Position numbers and translations under genes: made by a program. From IMG/VR virus record IMGVR_UViG_3300035659_000014, positions 1-57,339 of that record: 57,339 bases of DNA; one strand, 5' to 3'. The notes under the pieces were generated by a model. The model ran no database searches. It had not been told where the DNA came from and was given only the letters and a program-made list of their open reading frames with translations. Each line of letters starts with the position of its first letter. The stretch's first letter is position 1. The DNA is from a virus (taxonomy: Duplodnaviria > Caudoviricetes). Below are positions 32,774 through 42,121 of the stretch, piece after piece.

Positions 32774-35748
32774 ATCGACTCGCCCTCGATCTGCTTGCAG
32801 ACCTGGGCGACCTCATGATCGACGAATCGCTTCAGTTCGACCCCATCCCGCACCCAGATCCGTTTCGGTTTCGCGTGCCCGCCGTCCATGCCGCCATGCT
32901 TGCCACCGAGGGCGAGTTCGATCTCCAAGCCGCCGAGTTCCTTCACCGCTCGCTCGTACCAGGGCCGCGCGATGCCGTGATACTTGTCGGCCGGGTCCGC
33001 GAAGTGCCGCTCGAAGAGTTGAATCGCCGTGTGGTAGTACGCCTGCGCCGTCGCCGTCATGGCGCCGTTGACCGACTCGCGGTCATAGTCGGCCAGGTTG
33101 ATCAGGTCGCGCAGCACCAGCACGCCGCCCAGCCGGCGTTCGGGGAACGCCTTCCGGTCCTTCTGGAGGAGCGGCAGGTTGCGCTTCAGCATCTTCTCGC
33201 GGCGGATGCCTTCGTGCAGATACCCGAGGTGCGCGATCGCCACGTCGTGGATTTCGAGGCCCGGATGAATGTCCGTGTTCGCGTCCTGCCAGCCGGGTTG
33301 CTCGTGCACGCAGCCGAAGAACCGGATCTCGGGGACGCGCCGGAAGATCCGGATCGGGGTATCGGCGTGCATCGGTGCATCGAGCATCAGGTGGTTCTGC
33401 CGCACCGCATAACCCTTGAAGATCCCGCCTTCGAGGTACTTGCCGAGCGCGCCCGATCCCGCGAGGAATTCATCCGTGTCGATCCAGAAGAACCACTCGC
33501 CCGTACACGTCGCGAGCACCCGGTTGCGCGCACCGGCAAAGCCTTCGTCCTGATCCGCGATTGACCCGAGGCGCAGGATCCGCGCCCCGTAGCGTTCGGC
33601 AATTGCGATCGTGTCATCGGTCGAGCCGGTATCGCCCAGGACGATCTCATCGGCGATCGCCCAGATACTATCGAGACAGCGCGCCAGATCGAGCCCGGCG
33701 TTGCGCGCGATAAGGCCCACCGAGAGACGGGGCATCGGGCGGGTCGTCAGGATGCGCTGCTCGACGTCGCGCGGGCGAGCCGGACGGCCTTCCGCCTTGC
33801 GGTAGCGGATCATCCAGTGCCCGGACGCATTCCCCCGGTTCGTCGGGCCGACGTGCAGATAATCAACTGACACGTCCCGTTTCGCCCCGAAGACCTCGTG
33901 CAAATCGCCCCAGCCGAAATGATGCACGTGCCCGCGGAGGAGTGGGATCGTGCGGGGCAGGAGTTCGACGAACGGGCCGTGTGGAACGGTGTAGAGGATG
34001 ACGGCGCCATCAGCGACGAACTGTTCGAGATGGTCGATCGCCTTGTCGCAGGCCGCGACGTGTTCGAGGAACTCGCCGACGAACATCCCGTCGACCAATT
34101 CGATTCCGGCCGCGTCGGGACCGAGCGGCAGCGCCCAGCCGAGGTGACTGTCTGTCGGCGGGGCCTGGCGCTCGAAGTCCCAGACCGACAACTGTTCGAA
34201 GCGGACGCGGTCCGCGAGTCCGAGTTTCTCCGCCATCGCCCGAGCGCGCACCACGTTCGCCTCGCTGTAATCGACGCCGACGACTCGAATCTCGGGATAC
34301 TTCTGCGCGAGCAACAGCGCGAACGACCCATTCCCGCACGCCACATCGAGGACATCCTTGCAGCCAGCGAAGTGCGGCAGGACGATCCCCATGCGCCCGC
34401 GTGTGCCCTCGTTCTCCATCTCGACTTCGACGTCCTTGACTGCTCGCTCGCCGTAGTCCTCGGGGCCCTGCTCCTCGCCGGCAATCACGCGGCGGCAGAG
34501 TTCGTCTGCGAAGTAGGCTTCGCCAACTTGGTCAGGCGTCGCGCACTGCAATCCCTGCGCAAGGATGCCTCCGGCGAGCTGCTTCGCCGCAACACAATCG
34601 TCCTCGTGCAGCAGTTGTCGCAACACGCCGATTTTGTTCGCCTTGAACCGCGCCCGGAACGTCTCTTGGAGCCAGCCGTCCCATTCAGTGGCCAGAACCT
34701 CGAATGTGTAGGCTCGCGCATGCTCGCGGCCTTCCCGTTGCGCATCGCGGTAATCCCGTGACTGACGCGCGCACCCATCCAGCGCCTCGCAGACCGCGTC
34801 GAGCGACTGCGCTTGGTAATCGGGAGATTCGGCATCGCCATGAATGAGCGCCCCGCTCGGGACCGTCTCGGGCAGCGCGCCTTTGAAGGAGCCGACGAAC
34901 GGCGTCCCGCACCCCTGCGATTCCGCCGCCGCAATGCAACCCGTCTCCGCGAAATCCTTGACGCCCGGATACCACATCACGGCGGATTCGGCGATCGCCC
35001 GATAGAGATCGGGCTTGTTCAATTCGCCGAGATAGGCGATGCCGCCGACCTGGTCGTTGACACGCTGCACCTCCGCGTCGAATTGCGCGCAAATCTGGCC
35101 CCAGCCCTGCATGTCGTACATCGAGCTGTAGCGGCAAATCTGGAGCGTTGTCGCCGGATGCCGCGCACGCAGGCGCGGCCACATCGCAAGCAATGGGCCC
35201 AGGCCCCGCTCGGGCCGGCTGATATGGATGATCCGGTTCGGATCTTTCGTGACGTTCGTCGGGACCAGCGACGGATCGAACCCGTTGCGCGTCACGTAAG
35301 CCAAGCCCTTGAGTTCCGGCAACCGCTCTTCGTACTGCTGCCGCTGATACTCGGACACATAGACCATGCGATCGACCGCCCACATGATCGACATGAGGGC
35401 GGGCGGCACCATGAGCAGATCCTGGTTCCACAGCAGGCGCAACTTCGCCGGGATCCGGTGCGCGCCGAAGATCGGGAACATCCGCAGCACGCAGAACACG
35501 TCCCAATCCGTGAAGTTCGAGATTTCGACGATGCCCTCGGCCGGTTGCCACCGTACGCCGGCCTGGTCGGGACCGTAGCAGTCGGGATCGAGCTTGGTCG
35601 CCAGGATCTGGACGTCGTGGCCCTTCGCCTTCAGCGCGCGCGCCAGGCCCAGACAGGCAGACTCCGACCCACCCAGCGAGCAGGCGCCACTGAGGACGTC
35701 CGGGGTGATCGGAACCGAATCGACGTAGAAACCGATCGTGAGTCGCAT
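32734..35748 (-). CDS. GT4 glycosyltransferase, SAM methyltransferase and GT2 glycosyltransferase fusion
   Basis: LGGSESA, ISRPERGL, ETGCIAAAESQGCG; VLDVACGNG..EFLEHV; LSVGLIARN..DTGSTDDT..WIDTDE..GCVHEQ. Confidence 0.9.
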   Translation of the reverse strand: MRLTIGFYVDSVPITPDVLSGACSLGGSESACLGLARALKAKGHDVQILATKLDPDCYGPDQAGVRWQPAEGIVEISNFTDWDVFCVLRMFPIFGAHRIPAKLRLLWNQDLLMVPPALMSIMWAVDRMVYVSEYQRQQYEERLPELKGLAYVTRNGFDPSLVPTNVTKDPNRIIHISRPERGLGPLLAMWPRLRARHPATTLQICRYSSMYDMQGWGQICAQFDAEVQRVNDQVGGIAYLGELNKPDLYRAIAESAVMWYPGVKDFAETGCIAAAESQGCGTPFVGSFKGALPETVPSGALIHGDAESPDYQAQSLDAVCEALDGCARQSRDYRDAQREGREHARAYTFEVLATEWDGWLQETFRARFKANKIGVLRQLLHEDDCVAAKQLAGGILAQGLQCATPDQVGEAYFADELCRRVIAGEEQGPEDYGERAVKDVEVEMENEGTRGRMGIVLPHFAGCKDVLDVACGNGSFALLLAQKYPEIRVVGVDYSEANVVRARAMAEKLGLADRVRFEQLSVWDFERQAPPTDSHLGWALPLGPDAAGIELVDGMFVGEFLEHVAACDKAIDHLEQFVADGAVILYTVPHGPFVELLPRTIPLLRGHVHHFGWGDLHEVFGAKRDVSVDYLHVGPTNRGNASGHWMIRYRKAEGRPARPRDVEQRILTTRPMPRLSVGLIARNAGLDLARCLDSIWAIADEIVLGDTGSTDDTIAIAERYGARILRLGSIADQDEGFAGARNRVLATCTGEWFFWIDTDEFLAGSGALGKYLEGGIFKGYAVRQNHLMLDAPMHADTPIRIFRRVPEIRFFGCVHEQPGWQDANTDIHPGLEIHDVAIAHLGYLHEGIRREKMLKRNLPLLQKDRKAFPERRLGGVLVLRDLINLADYDRESVNGAMTATAQAYYHTAIQLFERHFADPADKYHGIARPWYERAVKELGGLEIELALGGKHGGMDGGHAKPKRIWVRDGVELKRFVDHEVAQVCKQIEGESIHVDPFEESGGVP

Positions 35749-35835
35749 GAGGAAGATTCCCTGCCTGCCCTCCTGCCTCCATAGTGGGGCGCCGGGGGGA
35801 GGTGGCCCCAGCGCCCCCAACGTCGCACCCCACGG

Positions 35836-36123
35836 TTAGGCCGAGTGCGGCGTCTTCCCCTTCGCGGACGCCCGCGCCTCTTTCGCGTCGCTTCTCGCCT
35901 CGGCCAGTGCAGCCTCGAGTTCTTCGATCTGCGCCGTCAATCCCGCGATCTCCGCGGCGTACTGTTTTTTCGACTGCTCGCTTTCCGCAACCAGCCGATC
36001 CCGTTCGTCGAGTCGCGGGTTGATCTCATCGCGGAAGACGCGCTGCATCCGCCGGAACGTCTCCGGCCGGAAATTGCCCAACGAGTTGATCCGGCAGAAT
36101 TCATCGATCGCCGGGTGTCCCAT
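35836..36123 (-). CDS. Small coiled-coil protein
   Basis: GGAGGAGG SD; follows MCP. Confidence 0.6.
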   Translation of the reverse strand: MGHPAIDEFCRINSLGNFRPETFRRMQRVFRDEINPRLDERDRLVAESEQSKKQYAAEIAGLTAQIEELEAALAEARSDAKEARASAKGKTPHSA

Positions 36124-36207
36124 AAGATCCTCCTCCCTCCTGCGTTGCCGTCAGTGAGCGCCGGTCGCACCTCCACGGCCAGCGCCCCCTGTCCTACCCC
36201 GTCAGAC

Positions 36208-37359
36208 TCACACGCGCAAACGCGCCACCGCATCGGCATGATGCAACTCGACCGTGTACTCGCCGACAACCATGCCCTTGCGGTTGTCGCCGCTCTTGCC
36301 CATTTCCTGATAGACGAAGTTGCGGCCCTGGAGCGGCAACACGCGAATCCGCTCCCGCGGCACGAGGATCAGTTCGGTCGCCGCGAGTGACCGGCTCAGG
36401 AAGACCGTGCTCTGTCCGAACGGCCCCTCGTAGACGCGCACGATGCGCTTGAAGAGTTCACTCGCATTCGTGTCCTGGACCTTCGTGTCGTTCATGTCCG
36501 AGATGTTCCGGAAGAATGTCCGGCCCGCAATGATCCCCCAGGTCTCCGACACCGAGGCGCCCGCCTGGTAGCACTGCTCCCAGATGTCCCCGAGGTAGAG
36601 ATGGGGATTCGCCGCGAACGACGACGCGGCGATCGCCGAGTTGATCGCCGTGACCTGCCCGCGCAGGCCCAGCATCGTCCGAGTTACCGTGGAGGTGCCG
36701 AGGCTGTTCGCCGCGTTCAGCACGCCCCGCACGACTTCGGCCTCGAGGATGCCGGGGATTTCGCGGAAGACTTTCGCGCGGGCTTCCTCATACCCGTCTC
36801 CGCCGAGCGCCGGGACCGCGATCGCCGTGCCGGACGCCGCGATTTCGATCGAGAAGTACCCGACCGTGTTCGCCTTGCGGTTGCCGAGCCGGGCGGTGTG
36901 CATGCCCGAGTGCTCGTGCCCTTCCTCGGCCGCCGGCCACCGCACGAAGAGCGATCCGCCCACGGCGAGTGAGCCGACCGCGCCGGCGGCGCCGTCGTAA
37001 TTTCGGGAGCAGAGAATCGAATTCGCGCCTGGAATGCTGGTGATCTGCATCACCTCCGGGCAGGCCGACTCGTTCTCGAGCAGCGTCCCGACCGTCAGGG
37101 CCAGACCGAGGCCGTTGATCGTGACTCCGGTAGCGGTGGCGACGCTGTTGACGGCCGTGCTCACGATGATGTAGCGCGGTCGCAGGAAATCCTCGATGTA
37201 CTCATGCTTGGGCGACGTGGCGACGTACCCGCTCGGATCGCCCAGCCAGTCGAGGAACGGCGCTTCGTACGGCGCCAGGGTGCTGATGATCCTCGAGATG
37301 TCTTCACCCTGCGTGTTCGCCGTGAATGCTTTGTTGGTGCTCAGTCCACTGAAAGCCAT
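36208..37359 (-). CDS. Major capsid protein (HK97 fold, SU10/DUF5309-like)
   Basis: EDISRII..PF..KHEYIED, YEGPFG, KSGDNRKGMVVGEYTVE; follows scaffold. Confidence 0.85.
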   Translation of the reverse strand: MAFSGLSTNKAFTANTQGEDISRIISTLAPYEAPFLDWLGDPSGYVATSPKHEYIEDFLRPRYIIVSTAVNSVATATGVTINGLGLALTVGTLLENESACPEVMQITSIPGANSILCSRNYDGAAGAVGSLAVGGSLFVRWPAAEEGHEHSGMHTARLGNRKANTVGYFSIEIAASGTAIAVPALGGDGYEEARAKVFREIPGILEAEVVRGVLNAANSLGTSTVTRTMLGLRGQVTAINSAIAASSFAANPHLYLGDIWEQCYQAGASVSETWGIIAGRTFFRNISDMNDTKVQDTNASELFKRIVRVYEGPFGQSTVFLSRSLAATELILVPRERIRVLPLQGRNFVYQEMGKSGDNRKGMVVGEYTVELHHADAVARLRV

Positions 37360-37389
37360 GGTGTGCTCCCGTTCAAACCCGCAACGCCA

Positions 37390-38154
37390 TTAGACGGGCG
37401 GGCGGGTCGCTTTGTACAGTTCGTCGATAGCCCCGGGCGAACGGTCGCCGCCTTGAATGCGTGCAGTGGCGGCGTCGGCGGTCGGCACTTGCCCGGCACT
37501 GCCGCTGAAACTCGCCCCGCCCCGGGCCCCACCACCCTGCCCGGACGCGGGCCGGCGGTGATGCGGATGGGTATCGAGGTACTCCTTGACGTGGGCCGCG
37601 ATCGTGATCGGCTTCCCGTGGGCCGTCGCCTGGCGACCATCGTCGCCCTTGACGAACGCCTTCATGTCGTCGTCGAAGCCGATGTGTGAGGCGAAAATCA
37701 CGTCGAGTTCGGCCAGCGATTCCTCACGCGCGCCCGCGGCGATCGCATCCGCGCGCATTGTTGACTTCACCAGATCGCGAATCTCGCCCTCGCGCTTCGT
37801 GAGCGCATCGCTGCGGTTCAGGATCTCGCGGGCGTGGCTTTCCTCGCGGGCCTTGAGCGCCCGGTCGGCCTGGCTGGAGGTTTCGAGAACCTGCTTCTTC
37901 AAGCTCGCGTTCTCTTCATCGATCCGCGCGTACTTCTCCTTCTCCAGCGGCACCAGGGCGTCGCGTTTGGCCAGTTCCGCCGCGACCGTATCGGCGATCT
38001 GCTTCTTCGCAGACTCGGCCGCCTCACTCATCCCCTTGCTGTAGCCGCGGCCGTGCGCCGCCGCGTCGGTACGCTTGAACAACGCTTCGAGTTCCGCCGG
38101 GCTCTGTCCGACGATTTCGCCCTTGTCGTCGATGTCAACTTCGATACGCGGCAT
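37390..38154 (-). CDS. Capsid scaffolding protein
   Basis: Coiled coil, YLDTHPHH..GGGARGG C-terminus; before MCP. Confidence 0.75.
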   Translation of the reverse strand: MPRIEVDIDDKGEIVGQSPAELEALFKRTDAAAHGRGYSKGMSEAAESAKKQIADTVAAELAKRDALVPLEKEKYARIDEENASLKKQVLETSSQADRALKAREESHAREILNRSDALTKREGEIRDLVKSTMRADAIAAGAREESLAELDVIFASHIGFDDDMKAFVKGDDGRQATAHGKPITIAAHVKEYLDTHPHHRRPASGQGGGARGGASFSGSAGQVPTADAATARIQGGDRSPGAIDELYKATRPPV

Positions 38155-38218
38155 GGTGTGCTCCTTCGTTGACGACACTTTGCGCCGACACTGTTGCGAT
38201 GCTGTTGCGACACATGGC

Positions 38219-38422
38219 CTACGCCGATTTCTTGAGACCCTCCTCGATGCCGCGATCGACTTGCTTCACGATCGCGTCCACATCCGCGTCCGACAGCTCG
38301 AAGAACCGGCGACGGATGCGCGACTTGCCCGCGCCCGTCACCTGGTGATAGGTGGCCTTCTCTTCGGCGCCCTTCGAACGCGAGCGCTGAATGAACGTCT
38401 GACGTCGGAGTCGCTTCGCCAT
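38219..38422 (-). CDS. Virion morphogenesis protein (Mu gpG/P2 S-like), C-terminal half
   Basis: KATYHQVTGAG..RRFFELSDADVDAI. Confidence 0.6.
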   Translation of the reverse strand: MAKRLRRQTFIQRSRSKGAEEKATYHQVTGAGKSRIRRRFFELSDADVDAIVKQVDRGIEEGLKKSA

Positions 38423-38506
38423 CTACCGCTTGCCACCCTTCTTCCCGCCGCCCTTCTTCCCGCCGCCGCAGCCCTTGTGCCACTGTCGAATTTCGGACTT
38501 CATCAC
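38423..38506 (-). CDS. Basic Gly/Lys micro-peptide
   Basis: AAAGGAG SD; MKSEIRQWHKGCGGGKKGGGKKGGKR; stop abuts the next ATG. Confidence 0.45.
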   Translation of the reverse strand: MMKSEIRQWHKGCGGGKKGGGKKGGKR

Positions 38507-38530
38507 GTGGCTCCTTTCAACTCCTGCCGC

Positions 38531-38582
38531 AAAAGAAAAAGCCGCCCCACTCCCGATCTCTCGGGTAGCGAGCGGCCTTTTC
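38531..38582 (-). terminator. Long hairpin with U-tract (terminator/attenuator)
   Basis: GGCCGCTCGCTACCCGAGAGATCGGGAGTGGGGCGGC-TTTTTCTTTT. Confidence 0.65.
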
Positions 38583-38682
38583 TCGCGGCCTCTGTCGCAG
38601 CACCTGATGGGCCACATCAGTCGTCGCGCGGGTGATCGGCCCGCGCCGAGTGCTCCCTGGAGTCTTTGTCAGTACTTCATCG

Positions 38683-38982
38683 TCAGTCCTTGAACCCGAT
38701 CACGACTTGCTTCTCGGTGACTTCGACGGTAACGATCCCCTGCAGCATGCGACCACTCGCAAACAAGTTCACTGTGCCGATCCCGCCGGGCATCTCCCGT
38801 GCCTTTTGTTTCGCGTAACCGGTCGAGTAGCCCCGGAATGCCGCTTCGTCCACGTCACGGCCGCGCAGCGTACGTTTGATGATTCGGTCACGAACAGCAA
38901 ACCCGATCTCGCGCATCCGCTCACGATCTGTCAGTGGCATATTCGCCAGCGGGCCGAAGTTGCGACGGACGGTAATGCTCAT
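38683..38982 (-). CDS. Virion morphogenesis protein, N-terminal half
   Basis: MREIG..RTLRGRDVD..YSTGYAKQK..VNLFASGRML..VVIGF. Confidence 0.65.
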   Translation of the reverse strand: MSITVRRNFGPLANMPLTDRERMREIGFAVRDRIIKRTLRGRDVDEAAFRGYSTGYAKQKAREMPGGIGTVNLFASGRMLQGIVTVEVTEKQVVIGFKD

Positions 38983-39107
38983 CGCTTCACGCTCAGGCAC
39001 CCACACGGCCGAAGGACAACGCTGATCGGCCGCAACCCCGGCGGACGGCTGATCGCGATCGGGCGGTCTCGACCAACCAACGATTTTTCACACTTGTCGC
39101 ACTTCAC
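38979..39107 (-). CDS. 42-aa zinc-ribbon protein (absent from ORF track)
   Basis: GGGGGAG SD; MKCDKCEK..PCGC; overlaps next start. Confidence 0.5.
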   Translation of the reverse strand: MKCDKCEKSLVGRDRPIAISRPPGLRPISVVLRPCGCLSVKR

Positions 39108-39120
39108 TTCGAACTCCCCC

Positions 39121-39498
39121 TCACAGGTGCGGCGCGTTCGGGTCGATCAGGACGCGCGTGGCCTCGGCGCCGATCGCGTCGAAGCGAACCCGCTGCCCGA
39201 CCTTCAGGCTCACCGCCGCCAGCGAGGGATACCGCCTCGCCTGGCTGGGATTCAGCAAGCGGATCGTCGCCCGCGTGAACACGATTATGGTGCCGGCGTC
39301 GCTGAGGATCGTGCTGACGCCGGGAGGTTCGTCCCACGTCGTGACGATCCCGCCGACGTTCACGGCCACGACCGGTGGCGGCGGCGCGATGTCAGGCTCC
39401 GGATGATCACTGACTGGCCCGTGTGTATCAGGTCGTTGGGGGTTGAACATCTTCTGGCCTCTGTTGCGCCAAGTATTCTCGGCGCCTTTCGCTCGCAA
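39121..39498 (-). CDS. Hypothetical protein (start uncertain)
   Basis: Operonic ORF. Confidence 0.45.
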   Translation of the reverse strand: MRAKGAENTWRNRGQKMFNPQRPDTHGPVSDHPEPDIAPPPPVVAVNVGGIVTTWDEPPGVSTILSDAGTIIVFTRATIRLLNPSQARRYPSLAAVSLKVGQRVRFDAIGAEATRVLIDPNAPHL

Positions 39499-39868
39499 TC
39501 TTCACGGCGTGGTCTTCGTCCCGTGCCCAGACGTCCATGTCGAGCACATCCAACGTCGTCCCGTGCAGCGGACCGATGGCGGTGGCAAAGGAAAGCGTGG
39601 ACATTTGCACGGACCCTCCGGGCGTGCTGAACCGATCGAAACTCGGTTGTCGCCACGCGGTCTGAACCGACCCGGTCACGAGCTCGATCATCACATGCCA
39701 CAACGCAAGACCTTGATTCAGTTCATCGGCCCCCGGGTTAATTTCATGCTCTTCGACCTCGCCGCATGCCATCCCCGCAGCTTTGTCCGCAAGGGCACAA
39801 TCATCATAGACACCGACGATGTGATAATCGCTGCACTGCCCACTGGTTACCACATAAATAGTTGGCAT
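39428..39868 (-). CDS. Hypothetical protein
   Basis: GGAGGT SD; IYVVTSGQCSDYHIVGV..ARDEDHAVKIA. Confidence 0.65.
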   Translation of the reverse strand: MPTIYVVTSGQCSDYHIVGVYDDCALADKAAGMACGEVEEHEINPGADELNQGLALWHVMIELVTGSVQTAWRQPSFDRFSTPGGSVQMSTLSFATAIGPLHGTTLDVLDMDVWARDEDHAVKIASERRREYLAQQRPEDVQPPTT

Positions 39869-39938
39869 TTGCGCACCTCCTCGCTTATGCCGCCTTTTCC
39901 GCTATGTCAATTCGAGCCGCCATGCTAAAATACTGAGC

Positions 39939-40460
39939 ATGCCAGCACTGACGACCGTGAAAGACCTGACCGGACAAACCTTCGGGCGGCTCACGGTTCT
40001 GCGCCGCGAACCACGCCCATCGACCCGCGCCTTCTGGCTCTGCCACTGCGAGTGCGGGCGTACAACCGTCAAGATGGGCAAGTACCTGCTCTGCGGAGAT
40101 ACTCGCAGCTGCGGCTGCGCGCAGGTTGAGTGCCGCGCCGGCGGGAATCCGAAGCACGGCGGGGCAACAGGTGGCCACCTGACTGTCGAGTACATCTCCT
40201 GGCGCAGCGCGAAGGAGCGGTGTTACAACCCGCGCCAGCGCGTCTATCGTCACTACGGCGGACGCGGCATTCGGATGTGCGACCGATGGCTGCGCGACTT
40301 CGGCGCGTTCCTCGCGGACATGGGACCGCGACCAGCTAGGCACTCGCTTGACCGCTGGCCCGACATGAACGGCGACTACGAGCCCGGCAATTGCCGCTGG
40401 GCCACCCAGAAGCAGCAGGTAGCGAATCGCCGATGTTTGGTTAAGCCGCCTTCGCAGTAA
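39939..40460 (+). CDS. HNH-type homing endonuclease, antisense insertion
   Basis: Same motifs as 976..1635; own TGnTAAAAT promoter 7 nt before ATG. Confidence 0.85.
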   Translation: MPALTTVKDLTGQTFGRLTVLRREPRPSTRAFWLCHCECGRTTVKMGKYLLCGDTRSCGCAQVECRAGGNPKHGGATGGHLTVEYISWRSAKERCYNPRQRVYRHYGGRGIRMCDRWLRDFGAFLADMGPRPARHSLDRWPDMNGDYEPGNCRWATQKQQVANRRCLVKPPSQ

Positions 40461-41298
40461 CATTAATCCCCTTCAACATCTCCGCGATTTCCGGCATTCG
40501 TTCTCCGGTTCCAACCATCGCCTTGAGTTCGCCGAAGCGACTCACGGCGAGGAACGAGTGCCGGCATGCCCAGCCGCCGCCCGTGAGAAACGTATTCGGC
40601 AGCTGCCCGTTATCCAGGTTGTCGATCTCCTCGCGCGTGTAGACCTTCCCGACGTGCTTCGCGCAGAACGGCCGGATCTTGTTGTCCACCGGCCCGAGGT
40701 ACACGAACGCGCGCTCCACATCATCCACTGGCACCGTCAGCGCTTCCACTTGCCGCCCGTAAATCGAAATCGACGTGTCGTACAGCGTCCGAATGTGCGG
40801 CTCGGTGTCGTCGATGATCGCGCCCAGGTCCGTGAGGATCTGGTCGGTCGATCGCGCGCTGAAGACGCCCTGCGTGACGGCGCGCCAGAGGACGTTCGTC
40901 ACCTGGTCAGCCTGATCGAGTAGATCGGTCAGCGTGAGCGCCTTCAGCGCGGCGATTCTGGGCTCGATCGCGGACACGAAGGCGGCCGAGCGCTGTCCGA
41001 CCGTCGTCGAAAGCACCGATTTCGCCAGGGCATCGAGCGGATCGCCCGTCGCGGACGCGAGCAGGTCATCGAACCCAGCGTTCGCAATCGCCTCGCGCAT
41101 TTGCTTCCGCAAGGCCAAGGACCGGACCGCACGAATCACCTGCGTGCGCGTGAGATCCGAGGCGTCGGCCACCAATGGCCGCAACTCTCGCTCGAGGGCG
41201 CGCAGCACGCGGGCAAGCTCCGTTTCGAACGTGCCGACCGTCTCATCGGTCAGGCGCGCCGTGCGGAGTCGCCGTTGGAGCAGTTCGAGAGGCGTCAT
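40441..41298 (-). CDS. Head morphogenesis/minor capsid protein (SPP1 gp7/MuF-like)
   Basis: YLGPVDNKIRPFC..GKVYT..GGWACRH. Confidence 0.8.
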   Translation of the reverse strand: MTPLELLQRRLRTARLTDETVGTFETELARVLRALERELRPLVADASDLTRTQVIRAVRSLALRKQMREAIANAGFDDLLASATGDPLDALAKSVLSTTVGQRSAAFVSAIEPRIAALKALTLTDLLDQADQVTNVLWRAVTQGVFSARSTDQILTDLGAIIDDTEPHIRTLYDTSISIYGRQVEALTVPVDDVERAFVYLGPVDNKIRPFCAKHVGKVYTREEIDNLDNGQLPNTFLTGGGWACRHSFLAVSRFGELKAMVGTGERMPEIAEMLKGINVTAKAA

Positions 41299-42110
41299 CA
41301 GCGTCCCGCGTAGTAGAGGGTGACCGCAGGGGTTACCCCGTTGATGAGCAGCTGGGCACTCATCGCGGTGACCACGCCGGTCCCATTATCCCCGCCCGAA
41401 TTCGCGCAGGTCATCAAGGCGTGTGCGGCCGTGTTCCCATCGACGGCGGTCTTCACCTGAGCGGCGGTGGAGAGCACGGCGGACACCGAGCGCAGCGTGA
41501 CGATGACAGCCGTCCCACCGACGACGGTCACTGCCTCGGTCGCGAGTTCCTTGCCTGGGTCCAGGTATGCGATCGAGAGGCTGTTGCCGCCCGTACCCGC
41601 CGTCACCGCCGTGAACACCATGTCGTTGTGGGTGCCCGTCAGGACCGTGGTGTAAGCCGCCGCAGTCGGCGCCGTGAAGGTCAGACAATTCCCGCGCACG
41701 TAGCGCGCTGGCTTGTCCTGCTCGTAGGATTGAACCGCGGCCGTGCACGTGATGTCTCCCGCGGAAATGTCATACCAGGTACTCCCGTCGTTGCTGCCCT
41801 GCAACCGATATGTGCACGTCGAGGCGTCCGCCGGGACAAGCTGAATCGAGTGGTGCTGTGCCACGCCGGTATCGAGTACGTCCGTCTGCCCGACGGCGGT
41901 CTGCGTCGTGAACGTCTTCGAGACGGTCCCGCAGAACAACCCGCCATTCGTGGTCGCGCCGATCGGCACGGCAGCGCCATCGGGGCCTGAGCCGAACAGC
42001 CGCATGGGACTTTGACTGGCGAGCGGATGGGGCCAGAGCAGGATGGTGAGCAGGACGAGCACTACGGCGCTTGCCGCCAACACCGTCACTATGTTCAAGG
42101 TGCGTCGCAT
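41298..42110 (-). CDS. Virion-type beta-rich protein with N-terminal signal/TM segment
   Basis: AAGGAG SD; RLQGSNDGSTWYDI motif; Thr/Ala/Gly-rich; between portal and minor capsid. Confidence 0.7.
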   Translation of the reverse strand: MRRTLNIVTVLAASAVVLVLLTILLWPHPLASQSPMRLFGSGPDGAAVPIGATTNGGLFCGTVSKTFTTQTAVGQTDVLDTGVAQHHSIQLVPADASTCTYRLQGSNDGSTWYDISAGDITCTAAVQSYEQDKPARYVRGNCLTFTAPTAAAYTTVLTGTHNDMVFTAVTAGTGGNSLSIAYLDPGKELATEAVTVVGGTAVIVTLRSVSAVLSTAAQVKTAVDGNTAAHALMTCANSGGDNGTGVVTAMSAQLLINGVTPAVTLYYAGR

Positions 42111-42121
42111 CGTCGTCTCCT

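Noticed and set aside
38423-38682. Group I/II intron as the cause of the split morphogenesis gene
   Set aside because: No recognisable intron core or terminal motifs, and the downstream half has its own coupled ATG; left open only as a test
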